64,000 nt of DNA from Lingula anatina (taxonomy: Eukaryota > Animalia > Brachiopoda), in assembly GCA_051362555.1 (NCBI GenBank), contig CM120640.1, positions 40,526,788 through 40,590,787 of the forward strand. Reading direction: 5' to 3'. Shown in pieces: positions 1 through 14,543 of this stretch (positions are counted from its first letter, which is position 1; every line of letters starts with the position of its first letter). The notes beneath the pieces were generated by a model that worked only from the letters and a program-made list of their open reading frames with translations, was not told where the DNA came from and did not search any database. The translations under genes and the position numbers were made by a program.

Positions 1-1518
1 ACATGTTCCTCTATGTGATATACTAGTAAAGAGTTACCAGTTTTGGCACTTCTTCACAGAAGCTGTTGATGACGCAATAACTTTGTACAGATTTGGACGA
101 AATAAAACATATTGAATAAAGATTCAGTAGCTGACGTACGTACCTTTGCATCGAGTCAATTCATTAAAGACTGGCATTTTACCGTTTTCAGTTTGATCAT
201 GTACTGTATTATTACAACCTCTATTTACCTTACGAAATTTTGCATACAGTATGCCTATAACTGAGACAGCTGCCAAACAGCTAAGGTGGGTGCGTTATTC
301 AATAATTCGTCATAGGCGTGGAACAAAGTTTGGCAATAAAGAGGCAGCAGACGACAGGCACAACACACTCATAAACCGGTTCTGAAAGCCAACGCCTAAA
401 CGTCAACGTCAAGAACTGATGCTTAAAAGAATGGCTTGTCAACATCAAAAATGTATGTGAATATGTGTAAGTGCCCGTGTGTGCTTTTTTTCACAATAAA
501 AGCATATAATATGGATTATCGTCGTTCAAAACGGCAGCACGAACAGCATCGCTGTCCTTAAAACCTTGAATATCTAAAAATTATAGTCATTAACAAGCGC
601 CAATATTCTGTTTGATGAATGCTGGTGCAAGAAATGATAAATACAGCAACAGGTAGTCATCTGCTAGTATAAATCGTCCTTTACTTTGGTGTCAAACTAC
701 TCACTTATTATAAAAACAGGGAACTATTAAATACAGCGTGATTACGAAGGTTGCAAATTGCCGTGGGGTTAAGACTTTGACATAATACTAGTAGCTGTTC
801 GTATTCCTATCACACATTCCACAAGCCGTAAAAATGTTCCTTAAGGCTCTCACACGGGAATCTGATGCTCCACAATTTAGTTCTCCTTTCACTTGTTTCA
901 CAATATTCTGGAAATTTTGTTCATTTATCTGAAAGTTGGCAAATAAATCGGTTGGTTGGCTTTTGATAGCATACAAAGCGTAGCGCTTATTTTGGCGATG
1001 CCATCATTTGTGAAGTAATTTGTGAAGATTTGTCAGTATTACGACTCTATAAGTGGTTCAAGTGTTAGTGTATGGAAGAGCTTACTTCTTGCCAATTAAT
1101 TAACTCGATACACTTCTGATCTATCTTCGCATTTCCGGAAAACTGTTAGCCTTCACGGTTCTGATTGCCGACGATTAATCACAACTTGTTGATTTCCTAC
1201 GTGACACAGCGAGCAGAGACATTTAGAAGGTATTACTTATTGATACCAATTGGAAGATCAATATCCCTGTGTTTTACGCAGTCTGGTATGATTAAATCAT
1301 TGCTTAAGCCTGTAAAGGTCAAATGCCTTCACCAACTTTGGCTTTTAAGCTTCTAAGTCTTAATCACACATGGCATAAGGTCAGATAGAGGCGTCGGCAT
1401 TGATGTGTTGCTGATCTTGTCGTTTTGTTATCTATGCCAGGGTATATTTCTAATTTCAGTCTGCAAGTACGGATGACAATGTATTATGATTATAGTATAA
1501 AGTGCAGTGTTGATATTT

Positions 1519-1770
1519 AGTGGGGATGTCGGGAGGGTCCTGACTCCCCTTCGATTTCTGATTAAAAAAACCCAAAAAACATCTAGCTGAATCATAGTTC
1601 TAAACCGTACCAAAAGGCGCCATTTCCCCTCCAAAACACAAATTTTTGGGGGGACCCTAGAGCGTGCCCCGAACATGACGCCAAGAGGGTGAGGGCCGGA
1701 CTCGCAATCCGAGGCCTGTCAATCCCTCAAAAACCAGACCCCCCTTCAAAAAATTCTGGATCCGCCCCAG
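1519..1770. mobile_element. GC-richer interspersed-repeat fragment ending AAAAAATTCTGGATCCGCCCC
   Basis: GC-rich patch in AT-rich background with homopolymer runs. A GGGGCGGATCCAG-type terminus is common in invertebrate non-autonomous DNA elements; a related AGGGGCGGACC occurs at 57141. The left end is uncertain. Confidence 0.4.
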
Positions 1771-2487
1771 ATATGTGAAAGTTATTGGTGTTGTGGCAGA
1801 ACACACAAGCCTTGAAACAGACTTACGCGGTAGATGAGTATATATTTTTCATGTGTGCGTTTTTTGTTAAGAAGTGAAGCGATGTTAAAAGATCCTATTC
1901 TTCATTAAAGGGTTTCATTATCAGATTAGGGAAGACTTCAATACACATGCAACATCCAACAGAACAAACGTTCTTGAACTCATTGTGTTTACGGGCTTTA
2001 TTTGAGATTTTGTAGTTCTTGCTGTACTAAACTATTTTTCCAAAGACTTAACAAAATTCACCGATTTTACCGTATATCATCAGTTTTTGAATATATTCAG
2101 GAATGTATATATATATAAAGAATATGTTAACATGTACAATGATATTGTGTTACATGTTTACGGTCAAAGCTATACTGTTTTATATGGCATTATCAATCAT
2201 AATTTAATCTGCACCAACTGCATTTGTTAAAACGTGTCAAATATTTTGTTAGTGATATTGTTCTTATTATATGCTAGCGCGTTATTTGTATGTAAGTCAT
2301 CTATTACGGGCAGCTGTGACCTTAAGGCTCCGTATAAGTACTTGTACATTTTTTTCATTTGACGTCTTCTTGGCAAGAAAATGACCCTAGCTTGCAGTCA
2401 GCATATCATTATGTTTTATTATACTGTCTCTTCGAATATTGGTATAGATAAATTAGTTTTTTTAAGTCTTTATGTTTTCTTATGAAG

Positions 2488-2490
<3 letters not shown>

Positions 2491-2549
<59 letters not shown>
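2491..2549. repeat. (AT)n microsatellite
   Basis: Direct read. Confidence 0.95.
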
Positions 2550-2551
<2 letters not shown>

Positions 2552-3113
2552 GCTGTTCAAACAGACCACTGTGTTTTTATGACTTTGTGGGATCATAAAA
2601 AGGCAATGTGCGTTAAGAGTAGATCTTTGTAAAAATACTACGATTGAAAATCAAAAAATAAAAAGTTCACTTTCAAATGTACTGTTACCATAATCTTATG
2701 AACATCCTTTCCTTCAGGTTAAAAAAATAGGATTTTAGGGAAGTTTTTGATTAATTTTTATAGGTGACTGCTAGTCTGGCGCATATTGCAATGATCTCAA
2801 TTTGCCAAAATACCAGTATGATATAGACAGACGACATTATGGATGTATATTTCATCTACACGCAGCATCGTACAAAGTCTAAACATTTATCTGTTACCAT
2901 TTGGCGTTGTCTTTTACTTCGAGTCTAGCCGTTAGCTGACTACTAAAAGTGGAGTTTATGATCAAATTGCGTTTTGATGGAAGGGGAATCGAGTGTATTT
3001 TACATTTTTTCTATCATTTATCGATTTGTCAGGATGCTACCTTTGCTAGACCCGTTAATGAGCTTATGATGAAAAATGCTATCCTTATCCATGTTAAGGC
3101 ATTGTGTGAATGC

Positions 3114-3669
3114 TTAGTCAAATAGCGCTTCATGTACAGCAACTGCGTGCCCCGGGGTGTCAAGAAAGATTCGATATAATAAGGCAGTGACCAGCCTGAT
3201 GTGTCGTGCAACTGTATGCAAAGAGGGAATGATCAACTTTTCGCTGTTCAACATCTTGCTGTTGCGATAATTGAATGAAAGACTATCCATGTAATCGAAT
3301 GAGCCCTTCAAATATAAGATTATCTGTGTCAAGTAACATATGAAGTTAATTATATACTACCTAAATTAACCCTATCAAAGACTTGCACTGAGAGGAATCA
3401 TGTAACTAAGATGGTGTCAGAACAAAGCAAAAATTCCCTGTTAGATATGTACGTAGCGTTAGATATTGAGAAAACAATAACCATTGGCATCATATAATAT
3501 ATATGGCAGCTTTACATCCACCAAGGATGTCATGTTATTAGTAATGTTTTAATAAGCGCATGTATATAAAGACAATGGCAGAGTAGAAAAAAGGGTAAGA
3601 GCAGGTGTGAAATGAAATTCAGATTACTGCTTTAGAATATTAGCTATTCTGCATTTTAGTGTATGTAAG

Positions 3670-3727
<58 letters not shown>

Positions 3728-4350
3728 ATATTGTTTAATAAATGTTGATGCAAGAACTCGTTGATTAACATGATGTATTTTAACATGCATATGACATACA
3801 GTATGTGGCAATAAAAATGTTTCTCTGCAAAACAATATGAAACAAAATAAGCAGTGAATAATGATAAGAGTTGGTGATCAAGCAAGGATATTAACATGAC
3901 CTTGGAGGTATGCATAATATATTTAAGCATGATGAGATTTATGAATCAATCTGCAATTACGTGTAATAAGATACTACTTACCTCGACATTACAAGTACAG
4001 TGGCATCCAGCTCGTAATTGCCACGTGCTGACAATGATCATGATAAGCCCCACAACTAAAGTTATACCGCCCAGAATACAGAACAGGACTTCTTTTTTCG
4101 TGAACAACTCAGACATATCTTGTGAATCGGAATCCGCATAAGAGGAGTCAGCTTTGGTCTTTTTCTTGGCTCGTCTCTGCTGCGAGGCCGTGCTGGTCTC
4201 AGCGCCGTTTTCTGCCGTGACATCGTTCTGATGTTTGTCACTGCCGACGAGCAAGGCTTCTGCTGCCGCGGCTTCTTCTCCAGCTTCGCCCGTTTCTTCT
4301 AAGGGCTCCATTGGGATTTCGGTGTCATATTTATTGTCCGACATCATCAT
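3114..4350 (-). CDS. Small type II single-pass membrane protein (~192 aa), 2 coding exons; ectodomain possibly SEA-like
   Basis: Coding exons 4350-3982 (ATG at 4350; donor GAG|GTAAGT) and 3323-3114 (acceptor TTGACACAG|ATA, phase 0, TAA stop); 579 nt in total. Acidic low-complexity N-terminus, then hydrophobic VLFCILGGITLVVGLIMIIVSTW, then CHCTC. An acceptor before 4366 and a donor near 4455 suggest an upstream 5'UTR exon. Confidence 0.7.
3672..3725. repeat. (TA)n microsatellite
   Basis: Direct read. Confidence 0.95.
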
Positions 4351-4842
4351 GTTCTTCTAGTAGCACCTAACACACACACACAGAGATCAAAATGATGAAT
4401 AGCTGCGACACAAAGCGTTGCGACTCCGTTAAAATGCCCTCTGTATTTCCGCTTACCTGTATGCATAACACAGAGAACAAAAAAACACGGTTGCCCGCAG
4501 TTTTAGCTCACGTGTTAGCAATTCTCAGGAAAGGGAATTTAATGACGTCAAATTATTCATGATACCATATTATTAACCCGTACTGAAATGCGGAGAGATA
4601 TAGAGGCTGTCTGCCTTGCCATGGCTCTTACGATCATTTTCTATTGGCAATTAGGAATTAAGGTTTTGCATTATTCAACCTTACGACCTAATTGTGGGAT
4701 CGATGGAACTAATATCTTCCCCTTGGAATGTGTTTTACGTTCTTTACTGAAGCATCGTCTGACCACGAGCCATTATACATGTCATGTCCAAATGCGATAT
4801 CCACAAATAATCAATAATCTTTCTTCTCCCCCCCCCACCTCC

Positions 4843-4873
<31 letters not shown>

Positions 4874-7800
4874 ACACGCTCTTTTCCTTCGGATCTATAC
4901 ATGTATATCTGCGGTTTTTACACACTCACACTCACAATTACAAACACGCATGTGACGATAAACAATTCTACAGTGGTCGCTGTAGTGAGACCCGCCTGGC
5001 ATATTAAAGAAGCCCTCAAGAAAAGAAGGAAAATTAACTACAACGAAGACACTTATGAGGCAGATGGTCCATAAAACGTCGTCTCCTTACTATTCGATGA
5101 CTCAGTATCATTTTAAGAGTAAACGTTAACCTTTCATCACATCGCAGCCACACACCTGACTTCAAATCTGCTTTATGCCATGAAATTCAGAAAATTAAAC
5201 AGACGGTCCCTTCTTTTCTTATGGCACGTACAGGCAGTGACAAGGCGTTATCATGTTTTGTTAAATGAGGTTTGCTTTATTGCTTAGTTATGGCCTATGT
5301 AAAGATGGAAGAATATGCCAATATCGCGTTCAGCCGAACATGCCGCCAGGGATATGCAGTATATATGAGAACGGCTTGAAACTAAAGCTTACGACGCGCT
5401 GTGGTTGAGGGTATCCTATATGTTATTATCAAGATGGCTTTCCTAGTAGCCAAAATCGCCTTCTTTTTAAATATACATGTATATTAGTCTACTGGACTAC
5501 TGTACATCAACAAATATAAAAACAATAGCTCTCTATTACTAGTAAATTTATTGGAATACACTGAGCGCTTGATTTTTCACGTATATTTTTTTATCAAACA
5601 GGTAAAATGCGCCTTTTAGGTGGATAAAAGACGCCTAGACGACCCCACAGTGTAACATTCTTTTTATCACTGTGTAGCTTTATCTGAAATCGTAAGGACG
5701 AGAAACAGTTACATCATATTCTTTCAGATTAAGATTGAACGGGTAAAGCTCGTCAACTTTCGTTATTTCTTAGCAATAAGACCTCGATTGGATTAGTTTA
5801 TAACGGGGAAAATGACACTCAGGCATAAAATATCGTGCATGTATCTCAATTAAATGATGATGGATGCCTACAGAAACAGTGCAGGCTTATAATAAAAACA
5901 AAGAAGCATTAAGGAGCTTTAAATGTTATTTTATATTTAGATACAATGCATCATATTGCATTTTGGGGATAAACAAGTGGTGGCCAGGAAAAGCTGTTAA
6001 GCACATTTCCTTTGTAGCTACATGAAGCTTCTCAAGAAGGCAATTTTAACCCGCTTTGACATTTCGCAAATACCAGTAGCTCTGTCATGAACAAGGACAA
6101 TTTTTTCATACAACAGTAATGTGCTTGCTTAGGTACGTATGTTTTGCATGTACTGCCGCGGGCGCTGAAGCCATCAGCATGTTGAACACCGTATATTCAA
6201 GGACAATCTTCAAATCTAAGTAGCCATACATTTTCAAATACATCATAAAACAGGTAACTCGCTAATGGATATTTCTACATTTACCTTTAACTTTCCTTAG
6301 TGTTGACGAAAATTGCTGAAATTGTCAAGGAAAATTAATGTCATAAACATTTACAGGTATCTCACCTACATTGAGTCTTCATTACTTTCTTCTTTGTCTG
6401 CATACATGGTAGCCTCTGTATCAGGATTCAACTGCTTGTACTTGAGAATCAACTCAGTTCTTTAGAGTACTCAATTTGAACTCAGGTTTTACCAGTATAT
6501 TTTATTATTAAACACTGGTCAACTAAAAAAAAAAAAAAAGAAATGAATAAAATGTTGTACAATAAAAATGCAAATATAGCCCTATCTTACAAACAAAAAA
6601 TTGTCTGGTAATGTAGAAATAGAAATACACTTACGTAAGTGTTGGGTCATATAGGTTACAATATTCTGGTAAAGCCACACCACAAGTCTGGACACTTGAG
6701 ACTGAGAGTGAGTATATTGAATGTAAGTGTTACACATGACTGCTTGACATAATGTACTAGTAGCCCGAGCAGTGCTCAGTCCAGCCATGAATATTCACGA
6801 CTGGCACCCACCAAAAACAAAATTATAATTTTATCCCATAACAGCCCCTCTGTCTTATTTTAGGCGTTATAGGCACCCAGCAGGTTTATTAAGAGTCAAG
6901 ACGATTTGACAGATCTAAAAACACCACATCATTAATGATATCTCTGTAGATCACGCTCAGTCGATAGGCATTGGTAGGAATGATTGATCCAATGCATACA
7001 GGTTTTTAAATACTCATACAAGTACGCTCTAAAATACCCGGTGAGGTCGACTAATTTTAAGTCAGTTTTAGGAGATACCAGAACTTTCTCTATAGACCAG
7101 TCCCCAGTCTCCAACTAGTACATGTACCCTCTTCTTTTGGGCGGACCTTTTGGTATCATTCCCTTGTAAAAGTCAGATAGCATTAAAGACATCGCATTTA
7201 ATAAAATGAGTATGATAATGTTCAACATGACCTCTGTTCTATGGTTTATACACCATTTATGTTATAACAACCAGTAATCAAGCACTCATATGTTTACAAC
7301 TCACCAGGTTAAAGCGAAATAATGAATTATCTAATTAATTATTATAGCCGAAGATAAAACAAGAAATTACCTGTCGTGTCTGGCAGTTCAAGACATTTAA
7401 TACATATTTTGAAGTGGAATTGCCAACCTGCTTTTTACTGAAACTCACGCATTAAATTGTGAACCAAGCATAAAGCTGCCAACTTTAATTGTCGAACTAA
7501 CATCTAATTTAAAAAAAACTGACTGTCGAAATAGTCCAGATAACGTGTTCTCACTGTCACCACTTCGTGGGCATCAGTACACAGTTGAAGACCTGTGGTA
7601 TCTCGTGAACGGTAACCTAGATCAAGTTTATAATGCAGAAAATTGGCTATAAGGAAAGTCAGTTAAATTGTGTAACATAAGACGATGATTATTTCGAAGA
7701 GCTCGCTGAGAAAGATGTTGGATGAGCTTCATATGAAATTTGAGTTATGTCATTTACTCATTTGTCTTTCTATATATTTTATTTTTCTCCAGTTCACTGA

Positions 7801-9062
7801 AAATATTTTCCATTCGTTTTTTTTTCTTTTGATAAATCAATATAAACGAAATTGAATAGTATCGCCCTATACTTCATTACGCAGACTAGATAAACCTTCG
7901 AGTTAAGTGTTCAGTCTTACAACATTAACCTTCTTCTCTATGCTTTATGCCAATAACCATAAGAGAATTAACCTTATCAGGGGCAGGCAATGGAGATGAA
8001 TATATCGATCATTGTAAAAACAAGTCTCTAACGTACTAAAATACTATACTGGTAGATTATAACCTACAGATACTTGAGACTGGGTACAGATACTTGGGAC
8101 TGGTCCTAATAAAAATAAAGAGAGGAGAAAATATATCATGTCATATTTTAATGTATCCTTATATAAGTAAGTGTGAACTATAGTACGTCTTTTTAAAGCA
8201 CCAGTATAGCTTTACTCTTAACCAAACTATCAAGGATCCATAATTCGCAATAGCAAAATCGATGCTGCGTCTTACAATGAAATTGCACAATTTTCACAAA
8301 TGCACGTAATACTCTTGACATTTCTGCTACTGTACATGTAGCAACGTGCACAGTAGTACAAGACACGTGCACCACCACGTGGGTAGTTGACTATGGGGAA
8401 CTGAAAATCTTCGGAACCAGTAGGGGAAATTCCCGATTAAACACAGGGATATTTTTTTTAATATGTTTACCAACAACTGTCCAATAGAGCCTTTACTATT
8501 TGTGAGGTTCACATACTAGTATACTAATACCATCACACACTGACTTGTAGAAACATTGGATTAATAGGGCCGACGGGAATTTTCAAGCAATACATGCACT
8601 GGGTCACCCAGTATTTATAACTAGATCTGCCGTCTTACTTAAAGGACCCATCTGGTCATTTTCTCAAGGAAACGTGCGTAAAGCCAGACCTAGCATCACG
8701 CCGGGTCATGCATCAAATGCTGTGCCTACACCCATACACCCTGCTTATCAGGTAACTCTTCTTGTCCCGTAAATCTGATGGAATAGAACTAATGATTTTT
8801 TTTGTTATTCAAAGAAAACATTAGACAGTTTTAGACAGATAAGGAGGACACATCCATTATGGAGGACATTGTCTGATTAAGACAAAAAAAGTTATACCAG
8901 AAACATAAATCAACGATCGATCAACACGCTAAGACACGTCGCAATGTCACAACACCATGTTAAGACTTATCGGGTGCCTCCCTTTTAACAAGCCCTCAGC
9001 AGATCACGTTATCGTCACTTGTGTGCGCTTGCTTTCAAGAGACGATCAGGCCACGTTTAACC

Positions 9063-12000
9063 ATGCGATGGACATTTCTGTTTGTTTTTGGCCTTTGGAC
9101 TTTGGTCCATGAGCCATCCGTCGTTCATACAAAGGTCTATCAAGTCCGACGCCACAGTAAGTAACGCATTTTACACTGTATAAACATCACACGATCATGA
9201 GTATGAGTAAGCGATCAGATTTGAACTAAGACGCCAAAAGAATTAAGCAATTAGATTTGCGTTTTTTAATAAGAGATGACTGGTCAATTCAACAAGTTAG
9301 TGTTTGTTTTTTAGCGTGAAAATCATTTCAAAACCACGTAATATGTACATCTAATACAAATATCTGCATCTTGGGCTTTAGCTGAAAGAACTATAAATTA
9401 CATCAACAAATGTTTTTTTTTGTCTGAGTGCGCATCAGTACAGTATTGAATATAAGTGGAAATGGGCGGATAAAATCTGATACAACCAAATGTCAACCGA
9501 ACGCAACACACGCAGTCGTAATAAAATGTCAGATGATATTTTTTATTTCATTTATCCTTCTTTTAACATATTGTATATTCTATTTTTAAACAAGACCAAA
9601 TAGATTGGATTCAGAGAACAAACCAAAAATAAAGTTGCCAAGATATCACTAGGCATTGGTTAGCATTTATGTTGAACGAGATATCTTAACACACGAATCC
9701 TTCTATTTCAGCTATCGTGAAACGCCGCGTAGCATGTTATGGCGTTCTGGGATGCTTCAGCACGGAAGGGCCTTTCCGAAATATTCCATATCGACCGCTT
9801 AACCTACTTCCGGCCACGCGCAAGAGTATTGGAACTAAATTTTCCCTTTTCACGCGCCGAAGTAAAATACACGCTGATAGTCTCGTGGCCGACGATGCCT
9901 CTACTGTTTCAAAATCACTCTTCAGTGCTGTTAAAGAAACCAAAATGATTGTCCATGGCTTCATTGAAACGGGAAAAGAGAAATGGCTACATGTATGCAT
10001 CTAAATGTATACGTATTAGACGAAAATGAATTTACTACTAATTACTGTTTGATGATTAGGAGTTTTTGATACCCGATTTTAACCACTGATTTGAAGACTA
10101 ATTTGTCAACTTTTAAAAAGCATCTTTTATTAGTTATTTCAGACCAGAAAATTTACCATCTAATGAAAATTAACTAGCTTCACTAAATAACCAGGCCAGT
10201 GCGATCAATATAAGGGCAATGGGTCTCAAAGTTATCAAATCATGCCCCTTTCAGGATATGAAAGACAAGCTGCTACTGGCTGGCGATTATAACGTGATTA
10301 TCATTGACTGGGGTGGCGGTTCCTTCCTCCCTTACACACAGGCCACTGGTAACACACGTTTAGTTGGAGCCGAGACCGCCTTGTTGATTCAAACAATATG
10401 CGTAAGTTTTTGTGTTATACACTTTTTAGCGTCGTGATAATTATAATAACGCAGCGCGCTGTTAATCAGGAGCTGTTAATAAGCTGTTAATGAAATGCAC
10501 CTGGCACGGTGTGAGACATTTATTTCATTAAGCAGCAGCCTTTCTTGAAGAAAACTGCCACAACTTCTTAAAAATGTGTGGTTTTTATAACCTATTTGTT
10601 AATGATGATGATGATTCCGTCCAATTTATTGTTGTCGTTGTGTTAAGCACTGGTAGTGTGCCACAGCATATACCAACCAACACAGCCCATGGTCTGTCTC
10701 CTCTGTGAATCTCCAGTGCATTGTACTACCGGTAGTACAGAGCATGTTATTATTTTTTTAATTTTACGACATCAACCTCATGATTTTAATTAAAAAGCAC
10801 TTTTTTTGGTGCTATATCTTGGTGTAAAGCATTATCGTTTTCACAAAAGCATGCCACCATGTTTCATTTTCAGTTTCGAACATTTTTGACCATCTATATT
10901 TTCAGAATGTAACTGGCGCCCGCCAGGAATCTTTTCATATCATAGGACATAGCCTTGGAGCCCATTTAGCGGGATATGCCGGAGAAAGACTCAAGTCTCT
11001 GGGGAGAATTACAGGTTATTATTCATCCAGTTTGCTGGGAGAGATAATGTTACTTTCATTTCATTGATCGCATTGTATGTAATAACGTGAGGTTATATCA
11101 CAATACAATATACACGTGAACCACGGTTGCATTTACACCGATTTTTGAAAGGCAAATTCCCCCTCAATATCCTATAAGCAAAGTGCAATAACAAATATGT
11201 AGGAATTACACGTTGTTTCGATGTGTATTTTAATAATTTTATTGAAATTACCACCACCTGTTTCAGGCATGGATCCGGCAGATCCGTATTTCTCCTACAC
11301 GGATAAGGTAGTTCGTCTTGACCCAACGGATGCCAAGTTGGTGGACGTTATTCACACTGATGCTGACCATATCTTATCCACTCTGAAAGCCAGTGGAGGT
11401 GATAACATATTTCAATATATGACAGCCGTTTTACTTTTGAATGCCCTTCTGTTTATTACTAGAAGTCGCGTCGAAGTACTATAAATGACTACTTCATAAT
11501 AACAACGCATGATGGATGTACTTTCAAAGAAAACGATTCATCAGAATTACGCTTTGTAGATGTGTATGGACTCGCTAGTACGCAATATTCAGCGATATAA
11601 TGTGGCGGAACACTGGTCATTTCCACTATCTGAATGAATCATTTAAATTAAATTTTGTTTCTCAATGGTTTAACTCTTACTAATGTCTGAAAAACATTAG
11701 AATATTTTGCGCAATATTGAAGTTTTATATGGTTTTAAATTTTTTAGGTTTTGGGATTGAACAGCCAGTCGGTCATTTGGACTTTTATCCAAATGGCGGA
11801 AGCCAGCAGCCCGGTTGTGAGCATACTCTGAGCATGATGTCGGAAGTGTTCACAGCCGGTTTGTATAATGGTAAGTTTTAACGTTAAGAACTATAAATCA
11901 GGACATTTTCACAAGCTATAACTAGATGCTGAATTCCATAATCTAGCATCATTATTTTAACTGTTACGATTACATACTATTGCTGTAAAATAAGTTTTTG

Positions 12001-14543
12001 TTGCCTATGTATTGTTTGGTTTTGAAGCAATAACCTTTTCACTGTTAGTTTTATCCATTGACGTATTAAAATAAGTAATCAATTTTCGAAAGTAGAATTA
12101 GACGTAGTGCTCAGTGCGTTTTCCGATAGACCAAATCTACAAAAGCATTCAAAATATGGCAGAAATTTTCAATAAAAGTTCTGAAAATATCATCCGGGGT
12201 CCTCGAATCTGCTTCCTGCTCAATTCATCACAAAAATGGCTTACGTTTCCAATCTTGACTTTTAAATTGGAATGAACATGTAAACTAGTTGGCGTGTCTT
12301 CCAGTTCAATTTTGAAATGTGCGTGTTCTTGTCACCTTTTATCAGAACCCACAATAGGGGTGTACACTCATGAACAATATCTGTGCCCACTCTTTGTCCG
12401 TTGACCTTTATTGAAATGCTTGGTAGTAGGAACTGTAATTATAGGATATCCCCAGTGGAAACTCATGCTCATACGACTGGTAACGAAAGATAAAACAGCA
12501 GTGGGCGGCTAACAAAACCTCTGTGTTATAAGGTTTAGGGTTATAACAAATATACTGTAATAACATAGTCTACAGATATCCTACTACATATAAGTAAATA
12601 TATCTCTAAGATTTAGGTTATGTTTCTTATTCCATTTATTTCTAGGAGGGAAGAAATTCTTTGTCTGCGATCACACCCGCGCCCATGAGCTGTTTACAGA
12701 CTCAGTTACGTCCACCTGTCCGTTCATTGGTTTCAAATGTAATAGCTACGATGACTATAAGGCAAGTAAAATAAGATATTTTCATGTTTAAATATTTATT
12801 AATTAAAAATAAACAGCAGACATTAATATTTTGAAATGTGAAGTTCGATGCTTTTATAATTTTTTTTTCTTGTTTTTGTATCCACTCGGTATTCTATGAC
12901 AGTAGACGAAAAACTCATGCGCAATATCTTTACTTTTTTGCATAGATCGTTATAATCATGTTCAACAAGTCTTGTATTTGTCCAAATAACTTTTTAAGAC
13001 AAAAAAACATTTTCCGTTGTGCAACATGCAATGTACAGGTCTTTTTAAAATTCCTTTTCCGTTTTCAGGATGGAAAATGCTCTAGTTGCGGAGCAGGGGG
13101 CTGTCCTCAAATGGGACTCAATGCAGATAAATTCCCGCTGGCGCAGTTAACGGGAATGAATAATAGGTTTTATTTAGACACGAACGGAGCAAGTCCATTC
13201 TGTAGTAAGAGCGATTATAAGATCAAATTAATCAATTCTGGTATTACATGTAACTCAAGTCGATATGTTGATTTTGGTTTCGCTGTAGTTTAAATCAATT
13301 GCGTTCGTAACTTGGTGTCATTACTTTCGAAACAGTTAATTCTCTAAAACTTGATTGAAATCTTCAATGGGAGCATACTTTCATCTTGTGTTTTTACTTA
13401 TTTATATTTTTCGTTATATTAACTATTAATAGTATACCAAATTAACAATATCTGTATTTTTTCAATCATTACCATTTATTCAATTTAGCCAATTAAAACA
13501 AACGTTATTAATATACATGCAGGTTATCATTATGAGGTTAAGGTTCAAGTGAGTCAAAATATGGGAGCTGCTTCTGAGAGAGGAACAATTTCACTTGTCC
13601 TGAAAGGCACCAAGGGAACGTCGGAAAAAATACCTTTAACGGAATCGTACGTTTATGCAGTTTATCTGCATTGTTTAAGCAGAATAATTTCAGTGAATAA
13701 TCGAGCACGCACGCGCGCGTGCGTGTGCCGTAAATTTAAGAGGGTACTGTGATAAAGGATAAGACGTAACAAAAACTTCACGGAATTTCTAAACACCATT
13801 TATATCAAAATACAACGTGTAATGAAGGTTGTCAGGGTACTTTTTCAAAGGTGGATGGGTTTTTGGTTATAATGCGCTAACATTTACGTGGCTTCACTAC
13901 TGCATATTTTTTTCATTTTAAACTAGAAATGTCGACATCAGTCCCGGGGACGTTCTTGTGTCTAAGTATTCCACTAGTCGAGATATCGGCACACTTCAAA
14001 GTATTGCAGTTAGCTGGGTACACAGTGCCAATCTACTCAAACCGTGGGAGTGGAATCTGTTTGGTATGCGAAATCCAAAGATATCTGTCTGGCAAATTGA
14101 AGTGTTCGCTCCAGCTATGAATCAAAGGTAATTCCTTATTCTATGACTTTTGTTTTTTAAGCTGAAAAAGCTCTGTTTTTCTAAACGGTAATGTGCGTGA
14201 GTAAGTTATATATCCATAAGCAATTTGACTGAGGTATTTGATTGATATTATCACGAAAATGTTCCATTGACTGTTTTTTTTCTGCTTACATTGTCTTCAA
14301 AATCTATACTATGAAACCATAAAATAGTTACAATGCATGGTGTAGCCTAAATGTTTCCAAACACTCACTGCAAGGAAATGATAAAATACTTTGTTGTAAG
14401 CATAAAATTCATGATCCTTTTCTTTTGTATTATTTAGATACAGCTTTTGCTCGAAGGGCGAATTCCTTGAAAACAATTCACCAAAAACCTACAACGTTGC
14501 TTCGAGATCGTGCAGTGCGCAGTCCAACATCGTCATAGGATAA
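9063..14543 (+). CDS. Pancreatic triacylglycerol lipase family protein (PNLIP/PNLIPRP-like) with C-terminal PLAT domain, 522 aa, 11 exons
   Basis: Exons 9063-9156, 9712-9992, 10255-10401, 10906-11014, 11267-11398, 11748-11870, 12646-12761, 13069-13204, 13523-13646, 13927-14127, 14438-14543 sum to 1569 nt in frame. Signal peptide [15 protein letters not shown]; motifs [30 protein letters not shown] (catalytic Ser), RITGMDPA (Asp), [34 protein letters not shown] (His). Confidence 0.95.

Noticed and set aside
788-976. 62-aa minus-strand ORF as a further exon of the small membrane gene
   Set aside because: In-frame stop just upstream, no convincing acceptor, and no recognisable motif.
3640-3930. 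ORF with YIYIYI run; similar ORFs at 41270-41631 and 21023-21376
   Set aside because: Reading frames held open by microsatellites.
4588-5007. 139-aa plus-strand ORF with poly-Lys
   Set aside because: Poly-K and HTHT derive from an A run and a CA-like repeat; no domain or splice support.
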